Part shown: piece after piece, positions 61,132 through 64,000 of the stretch
How the letters are laid out: the number at the start of each line of letters is the position of its first letter
How positions within the stretch are numbered: the stretch's first letter is position 1
NCBI GenBank assembly: GCA_934385225.1
Contig: CAKRPQ010000002.1
Location: 219-64,218 of the forward strand
DNA from: an uncultured Eubacteriales bacterium
GTDB lineage: Bacteria; Bacillota; Clostridia; Oscillospirales; CAG-272
DNA length: 64,000 nucleotides
Reading direction: 5' to 3'
The notes under the pieces: model-generated
The model's input: only the letters and a program-made list of their open reading frames with translations
What the model was told of the DNA's origin: nothing
Databases searched by the model: none
Translations under genes and position numbers: made by a program

Positions 61132-63081
61132 TTATTCAAGTGATGATTTAATAGAAAACGAAGCAGTCGCAGCACCGACATTTGTCACCGCTACCGTGCA
61201 TTTTTTTATATTTTCCGAACCGAAGTTTGTTATTATCAACTTTTTATTTCGATTATTAAATTGTACTCCGCTCGCATTATCCTTTGTTATTCCTGTCAAC
61301 ACAACTTGATCGTCAGCATTGGAAATAAACGTCAATGTACCTACATTTGAGTAAGCAGAATATTGATAATACATATTTGCCATAGGATTTACGGTACTTG
61401 AAATGTTTGAGCCGACAACGCCCGAACTCGGACTTATTTTCGGCCATCGTTCATTCATATTATACGAATTCGAAACAATATCATAATTATACGCAGGGTA
61501 TACATTGCACACACTCATTCTGATAAATTTTTCATCATAACCGTGTGCGGAATTACCGCCTATTCCGAAAGAGCCGAGATCGGAATATCCCGCGCTTCTG
61601 TTCAGAATTATTTCCTCAATGGCACTCCACCCGCCATACTTTTGATAAACACAAAGAGGATACAACATTACACCGTATGGGTCAATTTGCTGCAAGCTCG
61701 TTCTATAATTAGAAGTATACTTCTGTATGACGGATTTATAATAACCGAACATGGCGTCGCTCGAAAAAATATTATTATTTCTGTCGTACTGATAAACCAT
61801 AGATGCCATTGTTGCAATTGATTCCATAAACCAAAGAGATGCTCCGTCAGGTTTATATGCAAGTGTTACCGCATGAAAAAACTCGTGCGATAATGTCTGT
61901 TTTACAAGAGAACTTTTGGCGCGGGTTTCACCTATCCATATGCAGGACGCGCCCTCCGAATATTGCTTTGTCGTGCCGCTTGCGTTTTCTCCCACTCTGT
62001 CCGTTATAAATATCTTGAATGTCGAAAAATTCGCGTCACCCGAATTCTTAGGTCCATACGGTTCTTTGAATCCGTTCTCGACGCAAAAATATGTATAAAT
62101 ATCTTCGACGGCGGCGAAAAAATTCGTCAGATAGGTTTCGTCGCTACCCGAAAACGACGACGCGGTATAACACACATTTACGATTTCATTTCCTATAACA
62201 ATCGGGTAAACCGTATCATACGGAGGCGTTGCAGAATTTGCAGAATCAATCTCGGCATATCCTCCCGTTCTGCTTTTATATTCTTCAATATAACTTTCTA
62301 TCCATGTCCCGCACATCTCTGTATGCGGCGGATTCGGATCATTCAAAAATTCCACATAACATTTATACTTCTCGCTCTCGGTTATCTCGCCTACGCTGCA
62401 AAGAAAATTCGCTTTTTCAAGAACGGTATAATCCGAAAAATCGCGTTCATGACTGTACGGGAACTCTTTATCACCGACCTTTATAACTCCGGAATAGACG
62501 TATGTATCGAACGATTTAATACTTTCATACTCCTTGACCGAATAATCGCGCGAAATAATGCTCCCCTTTATGTATCCTATGTTCGGAATATCCTCGTAAA
62601 TTGCGTTAAGGACTTTTCCGTCGGCATCGAACAGCGTCACCGTAATGAACCCCTGATCAAATTCGGTGCGCACTTCCGCGACAGGCTTGAGTTCCTTTTC
62701 ATCGTAAGTTTCTCCCGCTTCAAGCGAATTAAAACTTGAATTCAGCCCATATCCGCTCGGTATAGTTTCCATAACGACATCATAAGTACATATTTCCGAC
62801 GGCTTTTCAAACTCAAAGTAACCGTTTATATCGGTATAAACGGACCAGACAAAGATTTCATCATACAGATACATACCGTTCCCGTCATCGTCCGTAAGAA
62901 CCGACGAATAAACTTTGATTTCTATCCCCGACACATCAATATCGTCCTTCGAAAAAATGCGTCCGCGGAAGGTTTCGCGTTCCGTTTCGCCGCTCTCGGC
63001 GTAGGCAAAGAGCGCAAATGAGAGAAGCATCGCAAAAAATGCAAGCGTAGTTGTGAGTGTTCTTCTAAAATTGTGTTTCAT
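61132..63081 (-). CDS. Secreted gluzincin-type zinc metalloprotease (HExxH-x16-E), paralog 1
   Basis: Signal peptide (LAFFAMLLSFALFAYA). The N-terminal segment looks like a prealbumin/Cna-B-like fold (DINGYFEF). HEFFH...WFMES lies at nt 61822..61887. 649 aa. Confidence 0.7.
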   Translation of the reverse strand: MKHNFRRTLTTTLAFFAMLLSFALFAYAESGETERETFRGRIFSKDDIDVSGIEIKVYSSVLTDDDGNGMYLYDEIFVWSVYTDINGYFEFEKPSEICTYDVVMETIPSGYGLNSSFNSLEAGETYDEKELKPVAEVRTEFDQGFITVTLFDADGKVLNAIYEDIPNIGYIKGSIISRDYSVKEYESIKSFDTYVYSGVIKVGDKEFPYSHERDFSDYTVLEKANFLCSVGEITESEKYKCYVEFLNDPNPPHTEMCGTWIESYIEEYKSRTGGYAEIDSANSATPPYDTVYPIVIGNEIVNVCYTASSFSGSDETYLTNFFAAVEDIYTYFCVENGFKEPYGPKNSGDANFSTFKIFITDRVGENASGTTKQYSEGASCIWIGETRAKSSLVKQTLSHEFFHAVTLAYKPDGASLWFMESIATMASMVYQYDRNNNIFSSDAMFGYYKSVIQKYTSNYRTSLQQIDPYGVMLYPLCVYQKYGGWSAIEEIILNRSAGYSDLGSFGIGGNSAHGYDEKFIRMSVCNVYPAYNYDIVSNSYNMNERWPKISPSSGVVGSNISSTVNPMANMYYQYSAYSNVGTLTFISNADDQVVLTGITKDNASGVQFNNRNKKLIITNFGSENIKKCTVAVTNVGAATASFSIKSSLE

Positions 63082-63133
63082 ACGGTGTTCCTTTTTGCCT
63101 ACCTGTTACGGTCTGTAAAGTCGGCTCGGTAAA

Positions 63134-64000
63134 TCAAACAAATTCGGGTGTGAGTGTAAAGCTCTGTATTTTGAATTCGTCTCTCATGTTCTCACCTACT
63201 ATTGTATTTGTAACAGCGATAGTGTGAGGTTTGCTTGTGCTTCCAAAATTATCAAACGTGAACACTTTACTTTTAATTCCGTATTCTCTGTCGTCATAAG
63301 ACCGGTCGGGAGTAGCGGTAAATGTAATATGCTCACTATTTGATACAGCTTTTAATCTCAACGTTCCCATATTCGACGGGGCAGAAAAATTATAATATTT
63401 ATTTGCCATGTTATTGACTGTACTGCTTGTTGCATTTGTCAAAGAAGCAGTTTCGGGAGAAACAGTAGGCCAAGTGTTAATATTTAATGCAGCAGAGTAA
63501 AATGTTTTCGGTTTTGTATTGTAAACACTCATTCTGACAAATCTTTGCCTATAAGTTTCTCCGACATTCATGCCAAAAGAAAGAATATCGTTAAATCCTG
63601 CCTTCTTGTTCTCATATATCTCTTTAATCGCGTTCCAGCCTCCGCAGTCCTGGTATATGGTCAGCGGGTACAGCATTGCTCCGTAAGGGTGATTTTCGGA
63701 CAAGGTTTTATTGTAGTTTTGTATATACTCATTCATATAGTATCTGAAATCATTAAAGTTTCGACCGTCATAAAATACATATCTGTCTTTTTCATAAAGA
63801 TATACCATTGCCGCCATAGTTGCAGTCGATTCATCAACCCAATTTGCCTCACCCGAATACATATATGTATTCTGTATTGCGTGCATAAACTCGTGCGCTA
63901 TCGTTTGCCCCGAAAGATCGCTTTTAGCACGGCTTTCCTTTATCTCAATAAGTGATCCTCCTCCGCTTGATGCAGGGTGCGTTCTGCCATTGTCATTTAT
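63134..64000 (-). CDS. Secreted gluzincin-type zinc metalloprotease, paralog 2 (5' end beyond the window)
   Basis: The track ORF starts at an internal Met. My translation shows the frame stays open to nt 64000 (...RAKSDLSGQTIAHEFMHAIQNTYMYSGEANWVDESTATMA). It aligns with paralog 1 through to the C-terminus. Confidence 0.7.
   Translation of the reverse strand: MNDNGRTHPASSGGGSLIEIKESRAKSDLSGQTIAHEFMHAIQNTYMYSGEANWVDESTATMAAMVYLYEKDRYVFYDGRNFNDFRYYMNEYIQNYNKTLSENHPYGAMLYPLTIYQDCGGWNAIKEIYENKKAGFNDILSFGMNVGETYRQRFVRMSVYNTKPKTFYSAALNINTWPTVSPETASLTNATSSTVNNMANKYYNFSAPSNMGTLRLKAVSNSEHITFTATPDRSYDDREYGIKSKVFTFDNFGSTSKPHTIAVTNTIVGENMRDEFKIQSFTLTPEFV

Noticed and set aside
1-64000. A whole-window scan for CRISPR arrays, transposases, integrases, phage genes, toxin-antitoxin pairs and known defence-system hallmarks.
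   Set aside because: I found no regularly spaced repeats, no recombinase or transposase motifs and no obvious small paired ORFs. The only candidate mobility signals are the two low-GC segments, which are reported as findings.

Overview
This is a 64-kb chromosomal segment from a spore-former in the Clostridia. AbrB, SpmA/SpmB, a PASTA-type PrkC and the priA-to-thiN gene order support that, and the gene content looks Oscillospiraceae/Ruminococcaceae-like. That placement and the roughly 50-55 % GC figure are by-eye judgements, not computed. I support about 58 protein genes. I found no rRNA, tRNA, CRISPR array, transposase or integrase.

Layout:
- 1-23.3 kb: one long minus-strand housekeeping block: mscL, metallophosphoesterase, DUF1846, gap, thiN, rsgA, prkC, stp, rlmN, rsmB, fmt, def, priA, rpoZ, gmk, remA, a yicC-like gene. 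Two accessory genes sit inside it: a GH78 rhamnosidase between priA and def, and a membrane-anchored atypical phosphoesterase between prkC and rsgA.
- 23.5-30.7 kb: efp, an acidic zinc-ribbon protein, brnQ, rnr, recG.
- 30.8-38.5 kb: an AraC-linked operon of four oxidoreductases plus a cytoplasmic heparinase II/III-like protein, with no transporter.
- 38.5-45.4 kb: a low-GC one-gene islet flanked by near-identical hairpins, then abrB, spmAB, RNase J behind a 250-nt leader, and a PrsA-like isomerase.
- 45.4-54.7 kb: a carbohydrate-type locus with LacI, AraC, two FAD-type proteins, a nucleoside-hydrolase-like protein, GH27 and an LRR-GH26 mannanase.
- 54.9-58.6 kb: a two-component system with a lipoprotein DD-carboxypeptidase.
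- 58.8-60.2 kb: a frameshifted hypothetical gene.
- 60.3-64.0 kb: a low-GC island with a lipoprotein and two tandem paralogous secreted HExxH...E metalloproteases.

The best candidates for something undescribed are the redox/heparinase-like operon, which includes a stand-alone Fe-S OYE module, the FAD/IUNH/GH27 operon, and the low-GC protease island. All functional calls come from motif recognition by eye. No database search was run.
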